DNA of 64,000 bases from Alteromonadaceae bacterium (GCA_964229075.1 CAXRBI010000099.1:12457-76456), one strand, 5' to 3'; counted from the stretch's first letter, positions 51,554-63,162 are shown. Notes: generated by a model not told the origin, from the letters alone. Translations and numbers: made by a program.

Positions 51554-52603
51554 TTGAAAGATTTCCCGAGTTTTAAGCATATACGCCAGCCCCTGAGTTT
51601 TTTGCTGCCGTTTTGCATTACACTGTTTTCCGCATCCGTCTTATCGCAGCCTGGGCTATTGGCGGCTTCGCCAATTGTCGCTACGGATCAGGGGGCTACG
51701 ACAGAGAAAGTCAACGCTGCATTTTGGTTAGGGAAGTTAAAAAATGCTTTAACTAAAACCAACTTTCAGGCCGGCATAGTTACCTTGAAAGGTGAAAAAA
51801 CAGAGTCATTTCAGTGGGCCCACGGATATGTTGCGGACCAAAACATTGAAATTGAAAAAGTGGCGCCGTTAATTGGTGGTGGCGTTACAACTGTTCGTCG
51901 TGGCAATACCGTTGCTTTTATTGAGCCAAACAAAGAGCCTTACGCTGTAACCAGCCCGAGTATTAGGAATTTTATCCCGCCTGTCTTTTATAAAGATGCC
52001 GCCAGTTTGTCGGACAGCTATCAATTTGTTTTGGTCAGCAAGAGCCAAATTGCTGGGCGTTCAGCTCAGTTGATTCGTATTGAGTCCATCAGTAAACATG
52101 TGTTTAATTATTGGGTTTGGATAGATGTCATTAGCGGATTGCCACTGAGGTTGGCGTTCGTGGATGAAATGGGTGAGGTAAAAGAGCAAGTTCTGATGAC
52201 ACATTTGTCGTTGAATAATGAACCGAAGCCTGAAATGTTAGCTGTATTGGAAATGGATTTACCGCTACCCGCTGTGGCGGAAATCGCGACCCAAGCGGAA
52301 ACCAACAACTGGCAAATGACGTGGCTTCCGGATGGTTTTAAGTTGATCAAAAGCGACCGCCACCATGTGTCAATTAGTCGTGAGGTTTCGGATTATTATC
52401 TCTATAGCGACGATTTAGTTGAAATCTCGATATACGTGCAGAGACCACTGGATTCTTTCAAAAGCCCGATCGTTCTGAAAGATGGCGCAACTTCGTTTGT
52501 GATGTTGCGTTCATCCGGTTTTGATGTGACGGTTGTCGGCAAGGTACCGGCTGAAGTCGCATATCAAATAGCAACTAACGTCAAACGAGTTCAACCGCAA
52601 TAA
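51554..52603 (+). CDS. rseB: Sigma-E regulatory protein RseB/MucB
   Basis: IAGRSAQLIRI, WID..SGLPLR, WLPDGF, YSDDLVEISIYV, VTVVGKVP. Confidence 0.88.
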   Translation: MKDFPSFKHIRQPLSFLLPFCITLFSASVLSQPGLLAASPIVATDQGATTEKVNAAFWLGKLKNALTKTNFQAGIVTLKGEKTESFQWAHGYVADQNIEIEKVAPLIGGGVTTVRRGNTVAFIEPNKEPYAVTSPSIRNFIPPVFYKDAASLSDSYQFVLVSKSQIAGRSAQLIRIESISKHVFNYWVWIDVISGLPLRLAFVDEMGEVKEQVLMTHLSLNNEPKPEMLAVLEMDLPLPAVAEIATQAETNNWQMTWLPDGFKLIKSDRHHVSISREVSDYYLYSDDLVEISIYVQRPLDSFKSPIVLKDGATSFVMLRSSGFDVTVVGKVPAEVAYQIATNVKRVQPQ

Positions 52604-53070
52604 TGATCACTGAACTGGGGCGGGTGATCAAAGTTGAAGATGGCTTTGCTTGGGTTGAAACGTCGGTTAAGTCATCTTGCAGTAGCTGCGCTGCAAAAGG
52701 CAATTGTGGCACCTCCGCGGTGGCTGAAGCGGTAGCTGGCAAAACTGTTGTTAACAAGGTCAACAACGATTTAGGCGCCGAGCTCGGGGACCAAGTTGAG
52801 ATCGGTATCGAGGAAGATACCCTGATTTACGGTGCCTTCTATCTTTACCTTGTGCCGCTGATAACGGCCATTGTATTTGCATTAATAAGCCAGTTCTGGC
52901 TTGTTCGTTTTTTTCCCATCAATGAAGGCATCGTCATCCTGTCTACATTTGTAGGCGGTACAATGGGCTTTTATTTTTCTAAACATAAATTACAATCGAT
53001 AGGCGCTGACCGGTCGGTCGCCAAGTTACTACAAATAAAGTTTAAAGCGATAGACGTCACTCAAGTTTAA
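52603..53070 (+). CDS. rseC: RseC/MucC family protein
   Basis: SSCSSCAAKGNCG, GDQVEIGI, YLVPL. Confidence 0.92.
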   Translation: MITELGRVIKVEDGFAWVETSVKSSCSSCAAKGNCGTSAVAEAVAGKTVVNKVNNDLGAELGDQVEIGIEEDTLIYGAFYLYLVPLITAIVFALISQFWLVRFFPINEGIVILSTFVGGTMGFYFSKHKLQSIGADRSVAKLLQIKFKAIDVTQV

Positions 53071-53173
53071 GGCTAAATATTTCCAGTTGTTAAATCTGAA
53101 AAATGATGTAACATAAATATTTGTGTCTTATGTGTCACGTTTGTGTTTTAAACGTGTTTAGGGAGTGAACCAT

Positions 53174-53809
53174 ATGTATGCATTTTTTATGGCGGATGCC
53201 AACGCGTATTTCGCAATTGCACTTTCCATTGTAATTGTAATTGGAGTGATGGAAGTGTTAGGCCAGTTGGTTGGCCTGTCAGTCGGGGAATTACTCGACA
53301 ATTCAATCAATATTGATTCTGACGTCTCTATTGACGGCGTTGCTAGCCCTGGCGGCATGACACAATTTGTCGGCTGGTTGGGTTTGAGAAAGTTGCCATT
53401 TTTAGTCTGGCTTATCTTGTTTCTTACTGCCTTTGCTCTGGCGGGTTACGGTATCAACTACATCGCGTTCAGTGTCATTTCGGATCTTTTACCCGCTGTT
53501 TTGACCGTTCCTGTTGCTTTAATCTCGGCGATAGTTACAAGCCATAAATTGGGCGGCGTGTTATCAAAATGGATCCCGAAGGAGCAAACTTCGGCGATTT
53601 CAACAGATACGTTCGCAGGTCGATTAGCACAAATTACGCTGGGCACAGCCCGTAAAGGCATGCCTGCAGAGGCCGTGTTTAAAGACGAGTTCGAACAAAA
53701 GCACTACGTTATGGTCGAGCCAATGGACGATGAAGAGTTTAGCCAAGGCGATAATGTCGTTTTGGTGGCTAAAGAAAACAACAATTGGTTAGTCACAAGT
53801 TTCGACTAA
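53174..53809 (+). CDS. yqiJ: YqiJ (DUF1449) family membrane protein, flotillin partner
   Basis: WLGLRKLPFLVWL, GTARKGMPAEA, DEFEQKHYVMVEP. Confidence 0.82.
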   Translation: MYAFFMADANAYFAIALSIVIVIGVMEVLGQLVGLSVGELLDNSINIDSDVSIDGVASPGGMTQFVGWLGLRKLPFLVWLILFLTAFALAGYGINYIAFSVISDLLPAVLTVPVALISAIVTSHKLGGVLSKWIPKEQTSAISTDTFAGRLAQITLGTARKGMPAEAVFKDEFEQKHYVMVEPMDDEEFSQGDNVVLVAKENNNWLVTSFD

Positions 53810-53857
53810 GCCAATCTAGATACAAATCATATTTATAAACAAGGAAAAGGAAGTACG

Positions 53858-55642
53858 ATGGAAAATATGTCTACAGATTTTAATTTCATCTTAATTGCCT
53901 CAGGTGCAGTCATCGTTGCATTTATCAGCATCGGGATGGTATTCGCAAAACTCTATACCCGAGCAACAAAAGAAGTGGCGTTTGTTCGTACCGGTTTAGG
54001 TGGCGAAAAAGTGGTTAAAGATGGCGGTGCGTTAGTATTGCCAGTCCTGCACGATACCATTCCGGTGAGCATGAATACGTTGCGCATCGAAGTGGAGAAA
54101 ACCCAATCGGAAGCGCTAATCACCAAAGACCGTTTACGTGTTGATGTGAAGGCGGACTTCTATCTTCGCGTTGCGCCAAACCACGAGTCTATTGCAATGG
54201 CTGCGCAAACTTTGGGTACGCGAACAATGCGTGTCGAAGAGCTTAAAAAGCTGGTAGAAAGTAAGTTTGTTGACGTTTTACGAGCGGTTGCGGCGGAAAT
54301 GTCGATGACAGAAATGCACGAGCAACGCTCTGACTTTGTACAAAAAGTGCAGGTGAACGTTGCCAATGACTTAGAAAAAAATGGTTTGGAGCTAGAGTCA
54401 GTTTCGTTGACTGGTTTTGACCAAACAGACTTAAACTTCTTCAATGAGAACAACGCATTTGATGCGGAAGGTCGCGCTAAGCTGGCTAAGATCATCGAAG
54501 AGAAAAAGAAAGAAACCAACGACGTTGAACAGACCAACCGAGTGGCGATTGAGCGCCGTAATTTAGAAGCAGAGCGAGAGTCACTGCATATTCAAAAAGA
54601 TGAAGCGCAGGCAAAGTTAGAACAAGAGAAGTCGCTTGCATTCTTACGCGCTGAACAAAATGCGGAAATCGTTAAGACGCAAGAAGCGAAAGCACAAGAA
54701 GAGCGCAGCGCGGAAATTGAGAAAGAAAAAGCGATCGAAGCAGCGGAAATCGAAAAGCAGAAAACGCTAGAACGTCAAACAATCGAGAAAAATCGTGCGT
54801 TGCAGGAAGCCAAGATTCAACAACAGCGCGATATAGAAGTCGCAGAGCAAGAAAAGCAGATCGCCGTTGCTCAAAAATCCGAAGAAGAATCAGCGGCACG
54901 AGCGAAAGCCGCGGAAGCTGAAAAACTGCGGGTAGAAAAAGAGGAATCGGTTGTTACTGCGCGTCAAGTTGCAACGGCTGAGCGTCAAAAACAAATAGAA
55001 GTTATCGATGCGAAAAAAGTGGCAGAGCGTGATGCGGTTGGTATCACAGTCGCGGCAGAGGCTCAAAAGCAAGCGGCGATTGACCACGCGGAATCAATTC
55101 AAATCAAAGCCAAAGCAGAAGCGGAAGCTGCGGTTGTGTTAGCGGAAGCGGACGAGAAGAAATTCCAAGTTGAAGCTGAAGGTAAACGTGCTCTGAACGA
55201 AGCGGATAACGTCTTAAGTACCGAGCAAGTTGAGCTGCAAAAAGCACTGGCTATCCTGCAAGCGTTACCTGAAGTGGTTGCGGAAGCTGTTAAACCATTG
55301 CAAAACATTGATGGCATCAAGATCCTTCAGGGTTATGGCCAAGGTGGCGCAACAGTAGCAACCGGCAGCAATGGCAAAACGGTTGGCGGCTTTTCTGAAC
55401 AAGTCACCAGCGCTGCTCTTAACTATCGCGCAAATGCGCCGTTAGTTGACGCTATGTTGCGTGAATTGAACATGGTGGATGGCGAGTCTGGGACGTTAGC
55501 AGATTTAGTTCAAGGCCAGTCTCCTGTCTTAAAACAAGCGGCGGAAGCGATTCAATTACCACAGGATGGGGCGGGTGAGAGTAAGCCAGTTAACACCAAT
55601 GGCAAAGCTCAAAGCTCAGCGAATCAAGCCAACGCTGACTGA
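53858..55642 (+). CDS. yqiK: Flotillin/SPFH-domain protein YqiK
   Basis: AFVRTGLGG, ALITKDRLRVDV, DLEKNGLELESVSLT, NNAFDAEG, long Ala/Glu coiled coil. Confidence 0.92.
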   Translation: MENMSTDFNFILIASGAVIVAFISIGMVFAKLYTRATKEVAFVRTGLGGEKVVKDGGALVLPVLHDTIPVSMNTLRIEVEKTQSEALITKDRLRVDVKADFYLRVAPNHESIAMAAQTLGTRTMRVEELKKLVESKFVDVLRAVAAEMSMTEMHEQRSDFVQKVQVNVANDLEKNGLELESVSLTGFDQTDLNFFNENNAFDAEGRAKLAKIIEEKKKETNDVEQTNRVAIERRNLEAERESLHIQKDEAQAKLEQEKSLAFLRAEQNAEIVKTQEAKAQEERSAEIEKEKAIEAAEIEKQKTLERQTIEKNRALQEAKIQQQRDIEVAEQEKQIAVAQKSEEESAARAKAAEAEKLRVEKEESVVTARQVATAERQKQIEVIDAKKVAERDAVGITVAAEAQKQAAIDHAESIQIKAKAEAEAAVVLAEADEKKFQVEAEGKRALNEADNVLSTEQVELQKALAILQALPEVVAEAVKPLQNIDGIKILQGYGQGGATVATGSNGKTVGGFSEQVTSAALNYRANAPLVDAMLRELNMVDGESGTLADLVQGQSPVLKQAAEAIQLPQDGAGESKPVNTNGKAQSSANQANAD

Positions 55643-55664
55643 TTAACTCCTTAATCTCAATATC

Positions 55665-55698
55665 AAAAACCAGTGCAATCGCACTGGTTTTGTTTTTT
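55665..55698 (+). terminator. Terminator after yqiK
   Basis: AAAAACCAGTGC-AATC-GCACTGGTTTT then a T-rich tail. Confidence 0.75.
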
Positions 55699-55855
55699 TA
55701 TCCACTAAAACTTACCGACTGCGGCCGATAACGGTGGAGTGGTACGCCAATTCGGTGTAAAATTGCGCCCTTTTTACGCTGTTTCGGATCTGCACGAAAT
55801 TCAGCAACGCAGTTTATCGCCAAAAATAGTTGGCCAAAGGTATATCAATTAACTT

Positions 55856-57646
55856 ATGAAGCACATTCGTAACTTCTCGATTATCGCGCACATCGACCAC
55901 GGTAAGTCGACTTTGTCCGATCGTTTAATTCAGCATTGTGAAGGTCTTTCTGATCGCGAAATGAAAGAACAAGTTCTGGACTCTATGGACATTGAGCGTG
56001 AGCGCGGTATTACCATTAAAGCGCAAAGCGTTACGCTCAATTACAAAGCGAAGGATGGCGAAACTTATCAGCTTAACTTTATCGATACGCCAGGGCACGT
56101 AGACTTCACTTATGAAGTATCGCGCTCACTTGCTGCCTGTGAAGGCGCATTGTTGGTTGTTGATGCCGGTCAAGGGGTTGAGGCTCAGACCGTAGCAAAC
56201 TGTTACACCGCCATTGAAATGGACTTAGAAGTTCGCCCAATTCTAAACAAGATAGATTTACCGCAGGCGGACCCTGAGCGTGTTTCTGAAGAGATTGAAG
56301 ACATCGTCGGTATTGATGCCGTTGATGCGGTTCAGTGTTCAGCAAAAACGGGCATCGGCATTGAAGATGTTTTAGAAGACATCGTTAAAAACGTGCCGCC
56401 GCCGGAAGGTGAACCTGACGCCTCTACTCAAGCTTTGATCATTGACTCATGGTTTGACCCGTATCAAGGCGTTGTTTCACTGGTACGTATCAAACACGGT
56501 CAGTTGAAAAAAGGCGACAAAATCAAAGTGATGTCGACCGGTGAGTCTCACATCATTGATAAAATTGGTATTTTCACTCCGAAACAAACAGACACTGGCA
56601 TACTGCAGACTGGCGAAGTAGGTTTTGTTATCGCCGGTATCAAAGACATTTTAGGTGCACCGGTAGGTGATACTTTAACCACCACGGTTAATTCAGCGGA
56701 AACGCCACTACCTGGTTTCCAAAAAATCAAACCACAAGTCTACGCCGGTGTGTTCCCTGTCAGTTCAGACGACTACGAAGCCTTCCGTGATGCGTTAGGT
56801 AAACTGAGCTTAAACGACGCTTCTTTGTTCTACGAGCCAGAGAGTTCAACGGCTCTTGGTTTGGGCTTCCGCTGCGGCTTCTTGGGTATGTTGCACATGG
56901 AGATCATCCAAGAACGTCTTGAACGTGAATATGACTTAGATCTGATCACAACAGCGCCGACGGTAAACTACGAAGTGTTGAAAAAAGACGGCGAAGTATT
57001 ATCCATTGACAGTCCTTCTGAATTGCCGGCGGTGGGCGACATTCAAGAAATTCGCGAACCAATTTGTAAAGCCGATATTCTGGTGCCGCAAGAGTACTTG
57101 GGTAACGTGATTACTTTGTGTGTTGAAAAACGCGGTGTGCAAACCGCAATGAGCTACCATGGCAAACAAGTTGCTGTAAGTTATGACTTGCCTATGGCCG
57201 AGGTTGTTATGGACTTCTTCGACCGTTTGAAGTCAACCAGTCGAGGGTTTGCGTCACTGGATTATAACTTCACTCGATTCCAAGACGCAGACATGGTTCG
57301 TGTCGATATCTTGTTAAACGGTGAACGCGTAGATGCCTTGGCAATGATTTGTCACCGCGACTTCTCGCAATCTCGAGGTAGAGAATTAGCTGAAAAACTG
57401 AAAGAGCTAATTCCTCGTCAAATGTTTGATATTGCTATCCAAGCGGTTATTGGCGCTCACGTTATCGCTCGAACGACAGTAAAGCAGCTTCGTAAAAACG
57501 TAATCGCAAAGTGTTACGGTGGTGACGTTTCGCGTAAGAAGAAACTACTCCAGAAGCAGAAAGAAGGTAAAAAACGCATGAAGCAAGTGGGTAACGTTGA
57601 GTTACCGCAGGATGCGTTCTTAGCCATCTTGAAAGTTGGTAAATAA
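55856..57646 (+). CDS. lepA: Elongation factor 4 (LepA)
   Basis: [39 protein letters not shown]. Confidence 0.99.
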   Translation: MKHIRNFSIIAHIDHGKSTLSDRLIQHCEGLSDREMKEQVLDSMDIERERGITIKAQSVTLNYKAKDGETYQLNFIDTPGHVDFTYEVSRSLAACEGALLVVDAGQGVEAQTVANCYTAIEMDLEVRPILNKIDLPQADPERVSEEIEDIVGIDAVDAVQCSAKTGIGIEDVLEDIVKNVPPPEGEPDASTQALIIDSWFDPYQGVVSLVRIKHGQLKKGDKIKVMSTGESHIIDKIGIFTPKQTDTGILQTGEVGFVIAGIKDILGAPVGDTLTTTVNSAETPLPGFQKIKPQVYAGVFPVSSDDYEAFRDALGKLSLNDASLFYEPESSTALGLGFRCGFLGMLHMEIIQERLEREYDLDLITTAPTVNYEVLKKDGEVLSIDSPSELPAVGDIQEIREPICKADILVPQEYLGNVITLCVEKRGVQTAMSYHGKQVAVSYDLPMAEVVMDFFDRLKSTSRGFASLDYNFTRFQDADMVRVDILLNGERVDALAMICHRDFSQSRGRELAEKLKELIPRQMFDIAIQAVIGAHVIARTTVKQLRKNVIAKCYGGDVSRKKKLLQKQKEGKKRMKQVGNVELPQDAFLAILKVGK

Positions 57647-57665
57647 TTAGGGATTGAAGTAGAAA

Positions 57666-58706
57666 ATGGCAGGATATTTCGCAATATTTCTGGTCGTGAT
57701 TACCTTGGCCAGCGGTTTAATTTGGCTGATTGATGCACGTTTTCACGCGCCAAAAAGACGAGAAGAAATTGCTTTGGCTTTAAAAGCCGCAGGGCATGAC
57801 ATCAACATCGAAGCGATTCGTGGCACCAGAGCATATCGCCGATTGGGTGCCGCTGGATTATCCACCTCAGCAATGAATTCTATCATCAAGGATTTAAAGC
57901 TGGGTGATGGCGAAAAGGTTGATATCACTTCGTTTCAAGAGATGGCTCCACAACCAGCAATCGCGGAAACTGCACAGTCTATCTTCCCGATACTTGCCGC
58001 TATCACCATTTTCCGTTCGTTCCTGTTTGAGCCGTTTCAGATCCCGACCGGTTCAATGATGCCAACTATGCTGGTGGGTGACTTTATTTTGGTACAAAAA
58101 TACACCTACGGCGTGCATGACCCGATTTGGCGTAAGGAGTTGATCACTACGGGTTCTCCTGAGCGCGGCGACATTGCAGTGTTTAAGTTTCCTGGTAATG
58201 AAAACATAGATTACATCAAACGTGTTGTCGGTCTGCCTGGCGATAGAGTGGTGTACTACAAGAAGCAACTGTTTGTTCAGCCTAGCTGTGAACGCTCGCC
58301 TGAGGCCTGTGACAAGCTAGTACCGATGGAAATCACTGAAGTTCAAACCAGTGAATTCATCAACCGCTACGGCACCTTTTTACAGCAATCAACTGAGCAA
58401 CTTGGTGACGTATCTCATCAGATTTTGGTCGACCCAACTCAGCCGGAGCTAAAGCGTCGATACTATCAACAGCCGGGCACAAAAGTTGGCGAGTGGATTA
58501 TTCCAGAAGACAAGTACTTCTTGATTGGTGACAACCGAGACAACAGTGAAGACAGCCGTTTTTGGGGTTTCGTAAGCGAAGACCAGCTAGTTGGTAAAGC
58601 GGTCTTTATCTGGATGAGTTTTGTGTATAACGATGGCGCCATCAGTTGGTTGCCAAACTGGGCACCTGTGGACATTCGTTTCTCGCGTTTAGGCTCGGTA
58701 CAATAA
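57666..58706 (+). CDS. lepB: Signal peptidase I
   Basis: EPFQIPTGSMMPT, DYIKRVVGLPGD, GDNRDNS.DSRFWG. Confidence 0.96.
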   Translation: MAGYFAIFLVVITLASGLIWLIDARFHAPKRREEIALALKAAGHDINIEAIRGTRAYRRLGAAGLSTSAMNSIIKDLKLGDGEKVDITSFQEMAPQPAIAETAQSIFPILAAITIFRSFLFEPFQIPTGSMMPTMLVGDFILVQKYTYGVHDPIWRKELITTGSPERGDIAVFKFPGNENIDYIKRVVGLPGDRVVYYKKQLFVQPSCERSPEACDKLVPMEITEVQTSEFINRYGTFLQQSTEQLGDVSHQILVDPTQPELKRRYYQQPGTKVGEWIIPEDKYFLIGDNRDNSEDSRFWGFVSEDQLVGKAVFIWMSFVYNDGAISWLPNWAPVDIRFSRLGSVQ

Positions 58707-58717
58707 TTTGCAAATTC

Positions 58718-58770
58718 AAGTCAGCTTGAGGGAGTTCTGCTAGAGTTACCTCAAGCTGGCTTTATTTTTT
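58718..58770 (+). promoter_or_regulatory. Long hairpin in the rnc leader (rncO-like RNase III site and/or attenuator)
   Basis: AAGTCAGCTTGAGG...CCTCAAGCTGGCTT, about 20-bp stem with an internal mismatch, followed by a T run, just before rnc. Confidence 0.6.
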
Positions 58771-58782
58771 TAAGAGATAAGA

Positions 58783-59460
58783 TTGATCAAAAAAGATTAT
58801 CAACAACTGGCCAAAAAGCTTGGTTATCAGTTTCAAGATGAACGGTTGCTTATTCAAGCGCTAACGCATCGCAGCTATAAAGGCGCGCACAATGAGCGCC
58901 TTGAATTTATCGGCGACTCGTTGCTGGGGATGTTCGTGGCTGAAGCCCTGTATTTTAACTTCCCTAAGGCAACCGAAGGTGAGTTGACTCGGATGCGTTC
59001 ACAAATCGTTAAAGGCCAAACACTTGCCGAAGTAGCCAAAGAGTTTGGCTTAAGTGATTGGTTGCGATTGGGGCCTGGCGAGATGAAAAGTGGCGGGTTC
59101 CGCCGCGACTCAATTTTAGAAGATGCTGTTGAAGCGATAATTGGTGCGGTTTACCTCGACTCGGATACCGAAAGCTGTAAACAGTTTGTTCTCAAATTAA
59201 TCTCAGAGAGATTAGCGAAAGTCGACCCCAAAAACGCACTAAAAGACGCAAAAACACGATTGCAGGAATATCTGCAGTCTCGCAAACGTCCATTGCCTGT
59301 ATATGAAGTGGTTGAGGTCACAGGGCAAGCTCATAACCAAATGTTTACCATGAGGTGTTTGTTGGACACAGGTGACGGTTATGAAGCGAAAGGAACCAGT
59401 CGACGTAAAGCAGAACAAGCCGCAGCAGAAAAAGCACTTGAGGAAATCAACGGTGAGTAA
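58783..59460 (+). CDS. rnc: Ribonuclease III
   Basis: [17 protein letters not shown]-terminal dsRBD; TTG start. Confidence 0.97.
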   Translation: MIKKDYQQLAKKLGYQFQDERLLIQALTHRSYKGAHNERLEFIGDSLLGMFVAEALYFNFPKATEGELTRMRSQIVKGQTLAEVAKEFGLSDWLRLGPGEMKSGGFRRDSILEDAVEAIIGAVYLDSDTESCKQFVLKLISERLAKVDPKNALKDAKTRLQEYLQSRKRPLPVYEVVEVTGQAHNQMFTMRCLLDTGDGYEAKGTSRRKAEQAAAEKALEEINGE

Positions 59461-60418
59461 TAAAGAACAGAATCAACAAGAACTCGATGCCTTGTTGCAA
59501 AACTTAAACAACAGAGCAGACTTAAATCAGACGAAAAAGTGTGGTTTAGTTGCCATCGTTGGTCGTCCAAATGTTGGTAAATCGACATTAATGAACAACA
59601 TCCTAGAGCAGAAAATATCGATCACCTCTAAAAAGCCACAAACCACTCGTCACCGCATCCTCGGTATCCACACCGAAGGCGATGAACAGACGGTTTATGT
59701 GGATACTCCTGGGCTACACAAAGAAGAAAAGCGAGCCATCAACAAGTTGATGAACCGAGCTGCGTCGAGCGCGCTGGGCGACGTAGAAGTTGTTTTGTTT
59801 GTGGTTGAAGCACTTAAGTGGCACGAAGACGATGAGATGGTCCTGAATAAGATTCGCCGTTCGAAAAAGCCAACTTTATTATTGATCAACAAAGTCGACA
59901 CCATTAAACACAAAGAAGAATTGATGCCGTTTTTACAAATGGTGTCAGACAAACACACATTTGAAGAAATTATTCCTATCTCTGCAGAGAAAGGCACCAA
60001 CGTTGAGCCGATTAAAGCGGCGGTATCGAGCTTCTTACCAGAGAATCCATTTTTCTTCCCAGAAGATGATGTGACAGACCGCAGCAGCCGTTTTATGGCG
60101 GCGGAAATTGTTCGCGAAAAGTTGATGCGATTTATGGGCGAAGAGTTGCCTTATAGCGCGACTGTTGAGATTGAGCAGTTCAAGTGGGACGAAAAGATGT
60201 GGCGCATCAATGCCCTGATCTTGGTCGAGCGAGAAGGCCAAAAGAAGATGGTGATTGGTAAGAAAGGTGAAAAGCTGAAGATCATAGGTCGTGATGCCCG
60301 ACAAGATCTTGAACGTTTGTTAGATGCAAAAGTGTATTTGGAGCTTTGGGTTAAAGTGAAAAGCGGTTGGGCAGACGATGAGCGAGCTTTGCGTTCACTG
60401 GGTTATGGTGAAGACTGA
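59453..60418 (+). CDS. era: GTPase Era
   Basis: [24 protein letters not shown] domain VIGKKG; GTG start overlapping the rnc stop. Confidence 0.97.
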   Translation: MSNKEQNQQELDALLQNLNNRADLNQTKKCGLVAIVGRPNVGKSTLMNNILEQKISITSKKPQTTRHRILGIHTEGDEQTVYVDTPGLHKEEKRAINKLMNRAASSALGDVEVVLFVVEALKWHEDDEMVLNKIRRSKKPTLLLINKVDTIKHKEELMPFLQMVSDKHTFEEIIPISAEKGTNVEPIKAAVSSFLPENPFFFPEDDVTDRSSRFMAAEIVREKLMRFMGEELPYSATVEIEQFKWDEKMWRINALILVEREGQKKMVIGKKGEKLKIIGRDARQDLERLLDAKVYLELWVKVKSGWADDERALRSLGYGED

Positions 60419-60420
60419 TC

Positions 60421-61173
60421 GTGAGGTCATTGCCTGAAGTTAAATTGGCGTTTGTGTTACACAGCCGGCCGTTTAAAGAAAATCAGGCGATTTTAGAGCT
60501 TCTGGTTGAAGGTGAGGGACGGCTCAGTGCCGTCACTTACAAAGGCAGCAAAAAGAACACCGCAAAAACGGCGCTATTACAGCCGTTTCGACCAATCAAG
60601 GTCATTATTGAAAAAGACACCGGGCTTAGAAAACTTAAACACATTGAAGCGGCACCTGATTTAAAAAACAGCGCGTTTTTAACTCAAGGCAAACCGCTGT
60701 TTTGTGGTTTTTATTTGAATGAACTGCTTTGCCGATTGTGCGCCGCTGACGCCCATTTCCCTGAATTGTATCCTGTGTATTTGGCGACGATTAAGAGGTT
60801 GCAGTGGTCTGAAACTGAAAACCCATCGCCCTTAATGTTAGAGCGCAGCCTCAGGCAATTCGAGTTCGCGTTATTGTCGCAACTCGGTTACGGCATCGAT
60901 TTAAGCCACACCGTCGATACAGATCAATCCATTGAGCCCGAATTGCAGTATGAACTATTTCAAGACACGGGATTTGTGTTTGGCGCACATTCTCGCAATG
61001 CGTGGCTTGGTGAAGACATTCTTTTGTTAGCACAGTTCCTAGAAGGACAAGAGTTAACTGAGGAACGTCAATTGCGGGCAGCTAAGTCGGCAAAGTTATT
61101 ACTAAGAACGTGTTTGCATCGCCATTTGGGCGACAAACCTTTAAAATCTCGTGAATTATTTAGAGCGGGCTAA
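60421..61173 (+). CDS. recO: DNA repair protein RecO
   Basis: [42 protein letters not shown]. Confidence 0.95.
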   Translation: MRSLPEVKLAFVLHSRPFKENQAILELLVEGEGRLSAVTYKGSKKNTAKTALLQPFRPIKVIIEKDTGLRKLKHIEAAPDLKNSAFLTQGKPLFCGFYLNELLCRLCAADAHFPELYPVYLATIKRLQWSETENPSPLMLERSLRQFEFALLSQLGYGIDLSHTVDTDQSIEPELQYELFQDTGFVFGAHSRNAWLGEDILLLAQFLEGQELTEERQLRAAKSAKLLLRTCLHRHLGDKPLKSRELFRAG

Positions 61174-61187
61174 TTTTCGGAGAAAGC

Positions 61188-61925
61188 ATGAGCGAAATTC
61201 ATTTAGGCGTTAACATCGATCACATTGCGACTTTACGTCAAGCACGTGGGACAAGTTACCCTGATCCAATTCATGCCGCGGCAGTTGCTGAACATGCCGG
61301 AGCAAGTGGTATTACGATTCACCTTAGAGAAGACCGCCGACACATACAAGACCGAGACGTCTACGTGTTGGCGAAAACTATTCAAACTCGAATGAACTTA
61401 GAAATGGCGGTGACCGACGAGATGATTGGAATCGCTGAAGAGGTGAAACCTGAGTTTGTATGTTTGGTGCCTGAAAAGCGAGAAGAGTTGACGACCGAGG
61501 GCGGTTTGGACGTTAAGGGTCAACTTGATAAAGTAACAGACGCGGTAAAACGATTGGCCGCTGCTGGCGCAAAAGTGTCTCTTTTTATCGATGCCGATGA
61601 AGCGCAAATTGATGCCACAGTCGCAACAGGCGCTCCGTATATCGAAATTCACACAGGTCATTATGCCGATGCTGAAACGGATGAGGCTCGTGATGCTGAA
61701 CTGGCAAAGATCATTGCAGGTGTGAAATACGCCGCGAGCAAAGGGTTGATAGTTAATGCTGGCCATGGTTTGCACTACCACAATGTTAAACCGATTGCGG
61801 AAATCCCGGAAATCTACGAGCTCAACATTGGTCATGCGATCATCGCCAGAGCATCGACCGATGGTCTCGAAAAAGCTGTACGCGACATGAAAACCCTAAT
61901 GGTTGAAGCGCGCCAAGGAGTTTAA
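61188..61925 (+). CDS. pdxJ: Pyridoxine 5-phosphate synthase
   Basis: [34 protein letters not shown]. Confidence 0.98.
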   Translation: MSEIHLGVNIDHIATLRQARGTSYPDPIHAAAVAEHAGASGITIHLREDRRHIQDRDVYVLAKTIQTRMNLEMAVTDEMIGIAEEVKPEFVCLVPEKREELTTEGGLDVKGQLDKVTDAVKRLAAAGAKVSLFIDADEAQIDATVATGAPYIEIHTGHYADAETDEARDAELAKIIAGVKYAASKGLIVNAGHGLHYHNVKPIAEIPEIYELNIGHAIIARASTDGLEKAVRDMKTLMVEARQGV

Positions 61926-61928
61926 GAC

Positions 61929-62303
61929 ATGTCTGTGCGAGGACTAGGAACTGACATTGTAGAGATCACACGAATTGAACAAGCGTTGAACAAGAGTGAC
62001 CGCCTTGCACAGAGGGTTCTTACTGACACCGAATTAACCATTTTTCGGCAACATCATGAACCGGCACGATATCTAGCGAAACGCTGGGCCGCCAAGGAGG
62101 CCGCGGCAAAAGCCCTTGGTATAGGCATTGGTCGAGGCATTTCCTTTCATCACTTTGAGACTTCAAACGATGACTTGGGTGCCCCTAAGTTGGTATTGAC
62201 GGCGGCGGCATTGGCCAAAGCCGAAGAACTTGGTGTCAGTTCGGTTCACATTTCCATTTCAGATGAAACTCACTACGCAATGGCGACAGTAGTACTGAGT
62301 TAG
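61929..62303 (+). CDS. acpS: Holo-ACP synthase
   Basis: GLGTDIVEI.R, LAKRWAAKEA..KALG, HISISDE. Confidence 0.97.
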   Translation: MSVRGLGTDIVEITRIEQALNKSDRLAQRVLTDTELTIFRQHHEPARYLAKRWAAKEAAAKALGIGIGRGISFHHFETSNDDLGAPKLVLTAAALAKAEELGVSSVHISISDETHYAMATVVLS

Positions 62304-62364
62304 TCGCAAACTCTCGGTATTCGTCTATAGTTTGATTATTATTAAAATATTCAGATGCTTGGCG

Positions 62365-63150
62365 ATGAAAAAAGAGGGTTTACAGCGCAGCTTTTATGTT
62401 TTCGTATTGGTGTTAACCGCACTGTATGCGAAGCTTGTCCCTGCGCAAAGTTCGTTAGCTGAAGACGTCGAAAAACTGAGTTACTACACCGAAAATTATC
62501 CCCCCGCCAATTTCTACGATAACTATGTGCTGAAGGGTATTTCTGTCGATACACTCAAGTTAATTTGGCAGAAGTTAGATGCGACCCCCAAAGAGATTTC
62601 TTTACAGCCCTGGGCTCGAGCCTATCGCAATGTGCTGCTGAGGGACAACACGGTGCTCTTTACCATGTCGAGAACCCCACAGCGGGAAAAAGACTTTAAA
62701 TGGGTTGGTCCAGTGTTTCATTCAAACCATGTTTTGGTCGCTAAAAGCAGTCGTAAATTTCAATTTGATTCAATAGAGCAAGTCTTTCAGCATCGGGTCG
62801 CGACAATACGCGGCGACATTTCCGAGATTTCCTTGCGCCAGCAAGGCTTCCCTGAAGTCAGAATGGGCAAAGTGTCGGATTTAAAGCAGGCGCTTTTGAT
62901 GCTGCGTAATGACCGGGTCGATATGATGATGATATCGATTCACGGCTTTCAACATGTGTTGTCACAGCTAAATGAGTCTCGTAATAAGTACGAAATTGTC
63001 TGGCGGGTTAACAAAATAGGCAATTACTACGCCTTTAATAAAAACACCTCAGATGCGGTTATCGATGTTTTCCAGCAGGCGTTCGATTCTCTTGAACAAG
63101 AACGCCTAGCGATCAAAAAGAAATACGAACTACCAGCCGAAGAATACTAA
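62365..63150 (+). CDS. Periplasmic substrate-binding protein (family 3-like), orphan
   Basis: Signal peptide; TENYPPANF, PWARAY, RTPQRE..FKWVGP. Confidence 0.8.
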   Translation: MKKEGLQRSFYVFVLVLTALYAKLVPAQSSLAEDVEKLSYYTENYPPANFYDNYVLKGISVDTLKLIWQKLDATPKEISLQPWARAYRNVLLRDNTVLFTMSRTPQREKDFKWVGPVFHSNHVLVAKSSRKFQFDSIEQVFQHRVATIRGDISEISLRQQGFPEVRMGKVSDLKQALLMLRNDRVDMMMISIHGFQHVLSQLNESRNKYEIVWRVNKIGNYYAFNKNTSDAVIDVFQQAFDSLEQERLAIKKKYELPAEEY

Positions 63151-63162
63151 TGAAAACCGCGA

